Below, piece by piece: positions 1 through 7,803 of a DNA stretch of 60,433 nt (within the stretch, counting starts at the first letter, position 1; each line of letters opens with the position of its first letter). A model generated the notes under the pieces. The model was given only the letters and a program-made list of their open reading frames with translations. It made no database searches and was not told the origin of the DNA. The stretch is from an uncultured Bacilli bacterium. Lineage in GTDB: Bacteria; Bacillota_I; Bacilli_A; RF39; UBA660. Made by a program: the position numbers and the translations under genes. The stretch lies in the NCBI GenBank assembly GCA_947623685.1, contig CANQHF010000005.1:1-60433 (forward strand). Direction: 5' to 3'.

Positions 1-36
1 TATTGTCTTTTTACCATTAGATGATTTTGTTTCCAT
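1..36 (-). CDS. 5' end of an unidentified CDS running off the left edge (METKSSNGKKTI...)
   Basis: ATG at 36..34 with GGAG (45..48 on +) 8-9 nt upstream; frame open to position 1; downstream of the promoter at 154..182. Confidence 0.35.
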   Translation of the reverse strand, partial: METKSSNGKKTI

Positions 37-153
37 TCTAATTACTCCTTTCTACTTTCTTTATATATTATGAATTACACTTTTGAAATATTATTTTTTA
101 AATTTTTTTCTCCTTTCAACGCATATTAAAGAACTATTTTTTTCTTCAAATTA

Positions 154-182
154 ATAATAACATACCCCCCCCTGGGTGTCAA
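154..182 (-). promoter_or_regulatory. sigma-A-type promoter TTGACA-N17-TATTAT with a G8 homopolymer inside the spacer
   Basis: Minus strand reads TTGACA(182..177) cccaGGGGGGGGtatgt TATTAT(159..154); C8 run at 165..172 on the + strand. Confidence 0.5.
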
Positions 183-271
183 GTGAATTTGTGGAAAAAT
201 GCTATAATTTTAAAGCAACACATTACAAAATAAAAAGCCAAAAATATTTTTGACTTTTTAAAATATATTTT

Positions 272-1246
272 TTAATTTTGCATTTTTATTTGTTGCTCTT
301 TAATTAAGTCATAGTTAATTAATTTACTATCGTTTAAATTCTCTTTATTCATATCAATGCCTGTTATTTGGCTATTTTCATATGTTGTATAGTAATATAT
401 ACCCTTATCTAAATTACAGCACGAACTATAAATAGTAATTTCGTATTTATCTTCACCCATATGAACGCATCCTCTTTGCTGATATACTGATGATAAAATA
501 TGAAAGAACTGACTAATACTTTCATTTTCTAAATCACCTGATAACGAATTCATTTTGGTAAATGCAGCTTTTACAAATCTAGATGCCGATGATAAATCAC
601 CAGGCAATCCTAAAGCTCCCATACCACGACTATAAGTTTTAAGATTTAATTTTTTAGAAAAATTATTATTAGGTTTCTCGATTGATAAATTCATGTAGTT
701 ATTTAAGTTAAACATATGTATATCAAAGGTTGGATTATTTGTTAAAACACCTACTTCATTATCATATATTTTTAATCCGTCTTTTACGCATTCAACGGTT
801 ATGGCTTTTTCTTTATCAGCGATTATCCAGTGTAATGGTGATACTGGTAGTTCATTACTAAAATTAATGTTTATTATATTTATTTTATTTAATAATGTCT
901 TTACTTCTTTTATGTTAGCACACTGTGATAAAATCCATGGAATAAACTCAAATGGCGCTACATTATTTTTATCTTTTTCTTCTTTCTTATAATCAGCATT
1001 ATCCGGAAAATTAAGTCCTGCCATACCTAACCCTTTTTCGTTTATTGCATCATAATAAAGAGGATAATCATTTGCTACATAAGCCATTCCAATAATAGCA
1101 TAATGATTATTAATTTCTTTTTCTTTTCTAAATTTAAAAGGATAATTTCTAGGAGTTATAGTAACCGTTTCTTTATATGAATACTCTAAATCTAGATTTC
1201 TTCCAAAATAATGATCTTTTGTGTTATATGTTATTGCCGTACACAT
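272..1246 (-). CDS. choloylglycine hydrolase family Ntn-hydrolase (bile salt hydrolase / penicillin V acylase type)
   Basis: N-terminus MCT (nucleophile Cys2), FGRNLD motif, about 324 aa, family-typical length and layout. Confidence 0.88.
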   Translation of the reverse strand: MCTAITYNTKDHYFGRNLDLEYSYKETVTITPRNYPFKFRKEKEINNHYAIIGMAYVANDYPLYYDAINEKGLGMAGLNFPDNADYKKEEKDKNNVAPFEFIPWILSQCANIKEVKTLLNKINIININFSNELPVSPLHWIIADKEKAITVECVKDGLKIYDNEVGVLTNNPTFDIHMFNLNNYMNLSIEKPNNNFSKKLNLKTYSRGMGALGLPGDLSSASRFVKAAFTKMNSLSGDLENESISQFFHILSSVYQQRGCVHMGEDKYEITIYSSCCNLDKGIYYYTTYENSQITGIDMNKENLNDSKLINYDLIKEQQIKMQN

Positions 1247-1384
1247 AATTATTATATTCCTTTCATTCTACTATTTATTTTATTTTATCATAAAACAAAG
1301 AAAACTACATAACATAATATAATAATTATATTTAATTTATTAATTTATAATATGCGGTAACCAAAAAGAAAGGCAAATTAAAAA

Positions 1385-2236
1385 ATGTTAAATAGAAAAA
1401 ATACTGTGATTAAGAAAAAAAAGAAACCCATTTTAAAAAAATGGATAAGAGTTACTCTTTTAATAATTTTTATTTCTTTGTTTGTTTTTTCTTGTATTAA
1501 GATTTATTTTTGGAAAAAAGATGGAAATAAAATAAATGAAATAAATGATAAAATAACTAAAGAAGTTAAAGTAGATGAAAAAAAGCCAAATACTAATGCT
1601 ACCCAGAACGTAAATCCCCCTAGCAATAAAGATAGTGATTACTGGAAATATATACAAATGAATATGTTAAACGTTAATTTTGATGAGCTGTTAAAAATAA
1701 ATAGTGATACTGTAGGTTGGATAAAAGTTAATGGAACAAATGTAAATTATCCGGTTGTACAAACTGATAATAATGATTATTATTTAAATCATTCTTATGA
1801 TAAAAGCGTTAATAAAGCTGGTTGGGTGTTTTTAGATTATCGAAATAATATCAATGATTTTGATAAAAATACGATTATATATGCCCACGGAAGAGTTGAT
1901 GAAACGATGTTTGGAAGCTTAAGAAAAGCGCTAAATAAGTCTTGGTATAATAATAAAACAAATCATATAATAAAGTTTTCAACTAAAACTCAAAATACGT
2001 TATGGCAGGTGTTTTCTGTTTATACTATAAAAGCTGAAAGTTATTATATAACAACTACGTTTTCAAGTGATGATGTTTTTAACGAGTTTGTAAACACGTT
2101 AAAAAATCGTAGTATTGTTTTGTTTGATACCAAGGTAAATAAAAACGATAAAATAATTACTCTTTCAACTTGTAAAGATAGTAAGGGAACTAGAATTGTA
2201 ATGCACGCAAAACTAATTAAGATTGAAAATAAATAG
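1385..2236 (+). CDS. srtB: class B sortase
   Basis: N-terminal TM anchor; SDTVGWIKVNGTNVNYPVVQTDNNDYYLNH, IIYAHG and TLSTC catalytic Cys motif typical of SrtB. Confidence 0.85.
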   Translation: MLNRKNTVIKKKKKPILKKWIRVTLLIIFISLFVFSCIKIYFWKKDGNKINEINDKITKEVKVDEKKPNTNATQNVNPPSNKDSDYWKYIQMNMLNVNFDELLKINSDTVGWIKVNGTNVNYPVVQTDNNDYYLNHSYDKSVNKAGWVFLDYRNNINDFDKNTIIYAHGRVDETMFGSLRKALNKSWYNNKTNHIIKFSTKTQNTLWQVFSVYTIKAESYYITTTFSSDDVFNEFVNTLKNRSIVLFDTKVNKNDKIITLSTCKDSKGTRIVMHAKLIKIENK

Positions 2237-2273
2237 GATTGTGAATAAGTTTTTAATGGATAGTTTAAAACAC

Positions 2274-2305
2274 AAAAAGGTGAAGATAAATCATCACCTT
2301 TTTAT
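2274..2305. terminator. bidirectional rho-independent terminator
   Basis: AAAGGTGA..TCACCTTT stem flanked by an A-run and a T-run, immediately after the sortase stop. Confidence 0.6.
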
Positions 2306-2313
2306 AATTTTTC

Positions 2314-2370
2314 TTATTTTGTATTAATAGCAGCTTGTATCACAATCTCATTTGGAATAATAGAATTGAT
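2314..2370 (-). pseudogene. degenerate remnant resembling the 3' coding end of ppdK (copy 2)
   Basis: Minus-strand translation INSIIPNEIVIQAAINTK* resembles the ppdK C-terminus ...[18 protein letters not shown] and the remnant at 6354..6443; shares ATTAATAGCnGCTTGTA at DNA level with that remnant. Confidence 0.5.
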
Positions 2371-2411
2371 ATAAAATATAAAACTTAAAAACCTATTACA
2401 AAAACATAAAT

Positions 2412-3017
2412 TTATCCTGAAATATAGAATAAAATTGATTTTGTTAAATCAGAACAATCACTAAAATTCTTTATTTTAAATTTGTTTAAAAGTGATAATA
2501 AAACAGTTTCATTTTCAATATTTATTTTATCAATATTTTGCCAAATAGGTAAATATTCTATTGTCATTTGAACATCATAACCAAAAAAACTAGATAAATT
2601 ACAATCTTTATATAACCACGTTTCTTCATAAAAACCTGAATCAAAGTTATAAAATTCATCGTTAATTAAAACCCCGTTGCAACTTCTACCATAATTTTCG
2701 TAATTATAAACGATTTTAAATTTATAATTATCAGACAGAATATTTTCAAAATTAGAAGAACTTGCTAAAGTGAAAAAAGAAGGTTTTAGCTGGGTTACTT
2801 TCTTAAATTCACTTAACGTTTCATAAATTTCTTTCTTCGAGATATTCTTCAAAAAAAAGATATCCCCACCATCTGTTTTTTTATGCTCATATAAATTCAA
2901 ACTAATATATTCGGATAACTTTTGGTGTAACTTTTTCAATTTTGATTTATCAAAATTTTCATTTTTACCATTGATGCAAATGTAAGCCGGTATTCCACCT
3001 GCCAAATATCTCCCCAT
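2412..3017 (-). CDS. hypothetical protein (201 aa), no recognisable motif
   Basis: Long ORF with AGGAG-type RBS (aaaggagtg) upstream of the ATG. Confidence 0.5.
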   Translation of the reverse strand: MGRYLAGGIPAYICINGKNENFDKSKLKKLHQKLSEYISLNLYEHKKTDGGDIFFLKNISKKEIYETLSEFKKVTQLKPSFFTLASSSNFENILSDNYKFKIVYNYENYGRSCNGVLINDEFYNFDSGFYEETWLYKDCNLSSFFGYDVQMTIEYLPIWQNIDKINIENETVLLSLLNKFKIKNFSDCSDLTKSILFYISG

Positions 3018-3666
3018 AAAAAATCACACTCCTTTACTTATAATTGGGAATAAAAATAACCTAAAACTTCAAAAGTTTTTCAAATATTACTCAAATTACA
3101 TATAGCATAACTAAAATATTATGTCAATAAACTTAAAACCCAATAATTAATAACTTTTAGATTTTCATTATTGTATTATCTATAGGCTTTTTATTCCTTT
3201 TTTAATAGCTAGTAATCAGTCTTTTCTTTAAATTTCAAAGTTAATCTTAGTTTATTAGATTATTTAAATATGATAAATATAAACTCTATATCAAATAATA
3301 TTTAATTTTTTAGTATATTATTATCTCATAAAATTTATCATAACAAATGAGATTTATATTATTTTTAAAATATGTTTTTAATTGATATTTTAAGCATTAA
3401 AAACCAACTATTATTATATTTTCAAATGAAAAAATAATAATTAGTTGGCCGCGTTTCTTATTACCCAGTATTTTAAAATTAAATATATTTTATTTTCAAA
3501 ATAAATTATTAATATATAAATTATAAGTATATAAATCATAAATATATGATAACTTGTAAACTGATTTAGATTTATCAAAAAGCCTAAATAGGATAACAAG
3601 AAATACTTGGGCTAAAAACTTTATTTTTTATTTAATCTACAAAATAACTTAGTAGAACCCCAAAAA

Positions 3667-4143
3667 TTAAATTTCAAACTCAATAGAGTTTAGTTTTGAT
3701 ATTTCAAAATCTGTTTTTTGTATTTTTTTGTCAATCTCATCAAGTCTTTGTCTTAATTTTTTAGGATCAAAGTTTAATGTTTTGCATTCAAAATAAGAAT
3801 TGTTTACTTCAGTAACCCTTTTCTTTGAACTCTTAAGTAATAGTAATTGTTCATATAATGATTTAAGTTTTCTTAAGTTAGAGTTATCTACTATTGCTTG
3901 TTGTATGCTTCTTTGGTCAGTTAATTTAAATTGGTTATTTTTCTCATATAAAGTTGTTTTTAGTTTTGATAATTTTTTAGCACTTTTTTCGATTTCATTT
4001 AAATCCAAATCAAAGGTTTCTTTATTATCCTCAACTACGTTAACCCTACCATCTAGCTCTTCAACTGATGTATTAGTTGCATATTCTTTAATAGTATAAC
4101 TTTTATTATCTAGATACCTTTCTTCTTCTGATATTAAACTCAT
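3667..4143 (-). CDS. hypothetical coiled-coil protein (158 aa)
   Basis: ORF rich in heptad-like K/E/L sequence. Its ATG has no SD of its own and directly follows a 7-codon mini-ORF that does have a strong SD. Confidence 0.45.
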   Translation of the reverse strand: MSLISEEERYLDNKSYTIKEYATNTSVEELDGRVNVVEDNKETFDLDLNEIEKSAKKLSKLKTTLYEKNNQFKLTDQRSIQQAIVDNSNLRKLKSLYEQLLLLKSSKKRVTEVNNSYFECKTLNFDPKKLRQRLDEIDKKIQKTDFEISKLNSIEFEI

Positions 4144-4214
4144 TTATGCTGATATATTTGTTTTCACTTTAATCACTCTCCTTTTAAGTGATTAAATTTT
4201 ACTATATTTAAAAA

Positions 4215-4243
4215 TAAAAAAGGTCGCAAAAAAAGCGACAAAA
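4215..4243 (-). terminator. rho-independent terminator after the HTH gene
   Basis: Minus strand GTCGC-ttttttt-GCGAC followed by a T-run. Confidence 0.55.
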
Positions 4244-4250
4244 AAAGCTG

Positions 4251-4619
4251 TTATAAAACAGCATTTGTATAAGTATAGAGATAATGATTTATAATATCGA
4301 TATCATAAATACTATTATCTAAACAGTATGTAATAATTAAATCAAATTTGCTTCTGCTTAAAGAATAACCAGCACTATTTAACAATACGTTAAATTTGCA
4401 CTTGTTTAAACTTAAAGCAAAACATAATTTAATAACCACGTTCCTTTTAGGAATATAGTAATTACTACATCTGATTTTAGAAAATAACTTTCTATCTATA
4501 CCTACTTTTTTGTAAATCTCTGAATCTTTAACGCCCTTTTCATCTATAAAAGAGAAAAGAATTTCGTTAAAACTCTTCGACTTATTGTGACTTAAATAGT
4601 CTTTGCAACTTTCTTTCAT
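4251..4619 (-). CDS. small helix-turn-helix domain protein (122 aa)
   Basis: FSFIDEKGVKDSEIYKKVGIDRKLFSKIR...SAGYSLSRSKFDLII pattern typical of a Firmicutes HTH-domain family; RBS taggaggt. Confidence 0.6.
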   Translation of the reverse strand: MKESCKDYLSHNKSKSFNEILFSFIDEKGVKDSEIYKKVGIDRKLFSKIRCSNYYIPKRNVVIKLCFALSLNKCKFNVLLNSAGYSLSRSKFDLIITYCLDNSIYDIDIINHYLYTYTNAVL

Positions 4620-4817
4620 ATGAAACCTCCTAATAACATTTTCTAATCGTAAATTAAATTACAATATAATCTTTGAATCATAAGACCAAAATTCTTACAA
4701 TTCTAACATAGGACCTTCTTTTTCATATAAAATATTTAAATCACAAAGTTGATTTCTCAACTCATTAACTAATTTAACATACTTTTATTTTATTTTCAAG
4801 ATAAAAACTAAAAAACC

Positions 4818-6102
4818 TAGGGCAATCGCAAGAAAAAAAGCAATAAAAGAAAAAGAAATATGTAAATTTTGTTGTAAAGAATATAGAAAGTAGTAAATAA
4901 AACATATATAATATATCTTATAAGAAAGGATATAATATATGAAAAAAGATTTACTAAACTATTTTGATGTAATTGAAGATCCTAGAAAAAACAAAGGAAA
5001 ATTACATAAATTAAACGACATAATTATTATGTGTATTTTTGCAATATTATCTAATTGTAAAGATGCTACTGAGATTGCTTATTTTTTAGAACTAAGAAAG
5101 GATTATTTTACCAACTTATTAGGTTTAAAATATGGTACTCCTTCCCATGATACTATTTCTTGGGTATTTAGAATTATTAATCCAAAAAAATTTATGGATG
5201 TTTTTATTGATTGGGTTAAACAAATCATTAGTATAAAATCTAATGATAAATATAAAATTATACCAATTGATGGAAAAGCTATTAAAAGTGCAACTGATAA
5301 AGTTAATAATGGTAATATACCTTATATCGTTTCTGCCTTTTCCCAAGAATTAGGCTTATCCATTGGGCAAGTTAAAGTGGATGATAAATCTAATGAAATA
5401 ACTGCTATTCCAGATTTACTTGATTTAATAGATATTAAAGATTGTATCGTAACAATTGATGCCATTGGTACTCAAAAAAATATAGTTAATAAAATTGTTA
5501 ATGAAAAAGAAGCTCATTATTGTTTTTCAGTTAAATCCAATCAAAAAAACTTGTTTTATGATATTGATGAATATTTTAAATTTGCCTTAAATGATAAACA
5601 TGAGCTTTCTAAATTAAGTTTCTATTCTTCTTCTAACAAAGAACATGGAAGAATCGAAAAGAGAGAATGCTATGTTTGTAATGATATTAATTTTATTAAT
5701 GATAAAGAACTTTGGACTAATTTAAAATCAATTATTTTAATTAGAAATTATCGTGAAGAATATGGTAATTTATCTATTGATGATAGATATTATATTTCTG
5801 ATTTGATACTTTCCGCGCAATCCTTTTGTGATATTGTTAGGAAACATTGGTCTATCGAGAACAATTTACATTGGATACTTGATGTTCATTTTAGAGAAGA
5901 TTTATCTTTGGCAAAGAAAAATAATGCTATTTCTAATTTTTCTATTGTTAGAAAGTTTTGCTATAACTTAACTAACTTGGATGACAATCTCAAACACTTA
6001 TCTATCAAAAAAAGATTAGCTAATTATCAATATAATATCTCTAACATTGAAAATCTTCTAATCTCCATTTTTAATAACTTTTAGTTTCTTGCGATTGCCC
6101 TA
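4818..6102 (+). mobile_element. ISAs1-family insertion sequence, apparently intact
   Basis: Perfect 18-bp terminal inverted repeats TAGGGCAATCGCAAGAAA (4818..4835) / TTTCTTGCGATTGCCCTA (6085..6102); 9-bp direct repeat TAAAAAACC at 4809..4817 and 6103..6111; single transposase ORF. Confidence 0.85.
4939..6084 (+). CDS. ISAs1-family (H-repeat-associated) DDE transposase
   Basis: N-terminal FDVIEDPRKNKGKLHKLNDIIIMCIFAILSNCKD... and C-terminal HWSIENNLHWILDVHFRED motifs typical of ISAs1 transposases. Confidence 0.85.
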   Translation: MKKDLLNYFDVIEDPRKNKGKLHKLNDIIIMCIFAILSNCKDATEIAYFLELRKDYFTNLLGLKYGTPSHDTISWVFRIINPKKFMDVFIDWVKQIISIKSNDKYKIIPIDGKAIKSATDKVNNGNIPYIVSAFSQELGLSIGQVKVDDKSNEITAIPDLLDLIDIKDCIVTIDAIGTQKNIVNKIVNEKEAHYCFSVKSNQKNLFYDIDEYFKFALNDKHELSKLSFYSSSNKEHGRIEKRECYVCNDINFINDKELWTNLKSIILIRNYREEYGNLSIDDRYYISDLILSAQSFCDIVRKHWSIENNLHWILDVHFREDLSLAKKNNAISNFSIVRKFCYNLTNLDDNLKHLSIKKRLANYQYNISNIENLLISIFNNF

Positions 6103-6103
6103 T

Positions 6104-6134
6104 AAAAAACCTAATTTCTTAAAAAGAAATCAGG
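6104..6134 (-). terminator. rho-independent terminator (T1) following hairpin H1
   Basis: Minus strand CCTGATTTCT-ttttaa-GAAATTAGG followed by TTTTTT; homologous to T3 at 6494..6530. Confidence 0.6.
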
Positions 6135-6140
6135 CAATTG

Positions 6141-6167
6141 ACCTAGGGCTTCTAAAGTTTCCTAGGC
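6141..6167 (-). repeat. conserved stem-loop motif copy H1
   Basis: Minus strand GCCTAGG-AAACTTTAGAAGC-CCTAGGT: 7-bp stem including one G.U pair, 13-nt conserved loop. Confidence 0.7.
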
Positions 6168-6180
6168 ACTACTTTATAAA

Positions 6181-6209
6181 GTGTATCATAATCTTGCATA
6201 TAAAGTCAA
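6181..6209 (-). promoter_or_regulatory. promoter P1 (TTGACT-N18-TGaTACACT), weaker copy of P2
   Basis: Minus strand TTGACT(6209..6204) ...TATGATACACT; same layout as P2. Confidence 0.4.
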
Positions 6210-6353
6210 TACATTTTAAAAAATTATTACTTTCGGCCATAATAACCTTTTATTTTTTAAAATTTATTATGCACATTATTATCGCAAGCTGTAATAAAAA
6301 AACAATCTTTTTGCAAACAAAAAAAGCTAAGTAAATCTTAGCCTTTAATTTTA

Positions 6354-6443
6354 TTATTTTCCTTGCTTTTCATTAATAGCTGCTTGTAACACAGCCAAGT
6401 TCGGAATGCAATTGATATTTAAGCATAAATCTTCTTTGAAGAC
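6354..6443 (-). pseudogene. degenerate remnant resembling the 3' coding end of ppdK (copy 1)
   Basis: Minus-strand translation VFKEDLCLNINCIPNLAVLQAAINEKQGK* versus ppdK ...[47 protein letters not shown] is identical to the real ppdK 3' end; followed by its own terminator GCTAAG-atttac-CTTAGC-T7 (6325..6350). Confidence 0.55.
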
Positions 6444-6493
6444 TTACTTCACCAATAACATACAAATTAATTATATCACAATCGCCAATTAAC

Positions 6494-6530
6494 AAAAATA
6501 CCTAATCTCTTAAAAGAAATTAGGTAGATT
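6494..6530 (-). terminator. rho-independent terminator (T3) after Abi_2 gene 1 and hairpin H3
   Basis: Minus strand CCTAATTTCT-tttaag-AGATTAGG then TATTTTT. Confidence 0.6.
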
Positions 6531-6531
6531 G

Positions 6532-6558
6532 ACTTAAGGCTTCGTAAGTTTCTTAAAT
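6532..6558 (-). repeat. conserved stem-loop motif copy H3
   Basis: Minus strand ATTTAAG-AAACTTACGAAGC-CTTAAGT: 7-bp stem with one U.G pair. Confidence 0.7.
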
Positions 6559-6594
6559 ACTAATCAATAATATTATATGAATTATCTGTATTAT

Positions 6595-7464
6595 TTATAC
6601 ATTAGGATATCCCATGATTTTCAAAATTATTCTAGCATCTATTGATTTAATAGACTCATTTAACTTATCAAACTCTTTATTAATCAAATTTATTAAGTCA
6701 TTGTAATCTTGTTCATTTAAGAATTTTTCCATACTTCTAATTAACATATATAAATTAGTTGAATTGTTATTTACTTTATATGTGTTATCTATTAAGCTAA
6801 AAGTCATAAAAAATTTACTATGAAAAGAAAATAATCTATCAGAATGAGCACAAATATTTCTTGCTAATGTCATATTAATAAGAATTTGCTTTAATAATTT
6901 TGGTGATACATTAAATTTTTTAGCTATTTCATTTCTATCTGATTGTTTTAATAATCCGTACCATCTACTTATTTGCCCAAAAGACAATATTTTAATTGCA
7001 ACAAATGGAGGTATAAAACCATAAGTTTGATCATAATGCGTAATAGCTGGATGCTTACCTTTATTTTTATCAATTTCTGTATTGATAGAATCAATTACAT
7101 CATTTATATCATCTTCATTTGCTAATTCATCAAAATTTGTTTTGTTAAGATAATCTTGAATTCCATAATTCTTAGCGATGATATTTCCCATAACACCTCT
7201 TATTTTTAATTCGAATTCTAAAGCATACTTTAAAAATATAACTCTTATATTTTTATCAAAATCATATAAAGAATATATTTCATCAAAATGAACATTTTCA
7301 AAATATGTATTATCATCTTTTTTAAATACATATTTATATGTGTTAATAACAGAATAATATGAATAATTATCTATAATATTTAAAGCTATATTCTCATCAT
7401 CAATTATTACATTTTTATTTTTTAAATGTTCTAATAATTCTTCATTATGTTTATATTCTTTCAT
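6595..7464 (-). CDS. Abi_2 (AbiD/AbiF-like) abortive-infection family protein with HEPN-type Rx4H motif
   Basis: LEHLKNKNVII..., NYSYYSVINTYKY, YDFDKNIR and ARNICAH (R-x4-H) motifs. I chose the ATG at 7464 (GGGGGAA SD 6 nt upstream) over the ORF-track start at 7542, which would read through hairpin H2. Confidence 0.8.
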   Translation of the reverse strand: MKEYKHNEELLEHLKNKNVIIDDENIALNIIDNYSYYSVINTYKYVFKKDDNTYFENVHFDEIYSLYDFDKNIRVIFLKYALEFELKIRGVMGNIIAKNYGIQDYLNKTNFDELANEDDINDVIDSINTEIDKNKGKHPAITHYDQTYGFIPPFVAIKILSFGQISRWYGLLKQSDRNEIAKKFNVSPKLLKQILINMTLARNICAHSDRLFSFHSKFFMTFSLIDNTYKVNNNSTNLYMLIRSMEKFLNEQDYNDLINLINKEFDKLNESIKSIDARIILKIMGYPNV

Positions 7465-7491
7465 ATAATATTCCCCCATAAATAAAAATTG

Positions 7492-7518
7492 ACTCAGGGC
7501 TTCATAAGTTTCCTGAGT
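7492..7518 (-). repeat. conserved stem-loop motif copy H2, in the 5' UTR of Abi_2 gene 1
   Basis: Minus strand ACTCAGG-AAACTTATGAAGC-CCTGAGT: perfect 7-bp stem. Confidence 0.7.
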
Positions 7519-7532
7519 ACCAATCAATATAG

Positions 7533-7562
7533 AATATATCATATGTTTACATATAAAGTCAA
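7533..7562 (-). promoter_or_regulatory. promoter P2 for Abi_2 gene 1 (TTGACT-N18 with extended -10 TGaTATATT)
   Basis: Minus strand TTGACT(7562..7557) ttatatgtaaacata TGA TATATT(7538..7533). Confidence 0.55.
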
Positions 7563-7703
7563 TATATTTTTTATAGTTTTAAAAAATTATTACTTTCAAC
7601 CGTAATAACTTTTTAATTTTTAAAATTTATTACACGCATTATTATCACAAGCTATAATAAAAAACAATCTTTTCGCAAACAAAAAAGACTAAGAATTTAT
7701 TGT

Positions 7704-7736
7704 AGAAAAATAGGGCTCTATCCTAAAATAGACCCC
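7704..7736 (-). terminator. rho-independent terminator ending the PHP-ATPase/101-aa/Abi_2 operon
   Basis: Minus strand GGGTCTAT-tttag-GATAGAGCCC followed by TATTTTT. Confidence 0.6.
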
Positions 7737-7803
7737 TTGCAAAAATGATTTAACATTTTTTCCTTGCATAGATAATATATCACAAAATTATATCTATGTC
7801 AAA

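Larger units (their letters stand above)
6137..6331 (-). repeat. about 195-bp repeat (promoter region plus H motif), copy 1; paralogue of 7488..7693
   Basis: Aligns by eye over nearly its whole length with 7488..7693, with mostly identical bases and one roughly 10-nt indel. Confidence 0.75.
7488..7693 (-). repeat. about 205-bp repeat (promoter region plus H motif), copy 2; paralogue of 6137..6331
   Basis: See copy 1. Confidence 0.75.

Noticed and set aside
3404-3448. 14-bp inverted repeat CCAACTATTATTAT...ATAATAATTAGTTGG in the 650-bp non-coding stretch 3018..3666
   Set aside because: It is isolated and AT-rich, has no second copy in the window, and is not clearly associated with a promoter or gene. 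It could be a terminator remnant. I found no ORF or repeat structure in the rest of this spacer.
6089-6334. 81-aa plus-strand ORF from the ORF track
   Set aside because: It runs across terminator T1, hairpin H1 and promoter P1 of the repeated non-coding module. It has no SD and a low-complexity composition. The homologous copy at 7488..7693 does not keep the frame.
7465-7542. N-terminal extension (MIYSILIGTQETYEALSQFLFMGEYY) of Abi_2 gene 1
   Set aside because: The extension would be translated through hairpin H2 and has no SD. The internal ATG at 7464 has a GGGGGAA SD at the right distance.
6104-7562. Calling the H repeats an integron (attC array) or a CRISPR-like array
   Set aside because: No IntI-type integrase or cas genes are in the window. 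There are only three irregularly spaced copies. The nearest tyrosine recombinase (17071..17967) lies beyond ppdK and an Rpn gene. The recombination-site idea is kept only as one hypothesis.
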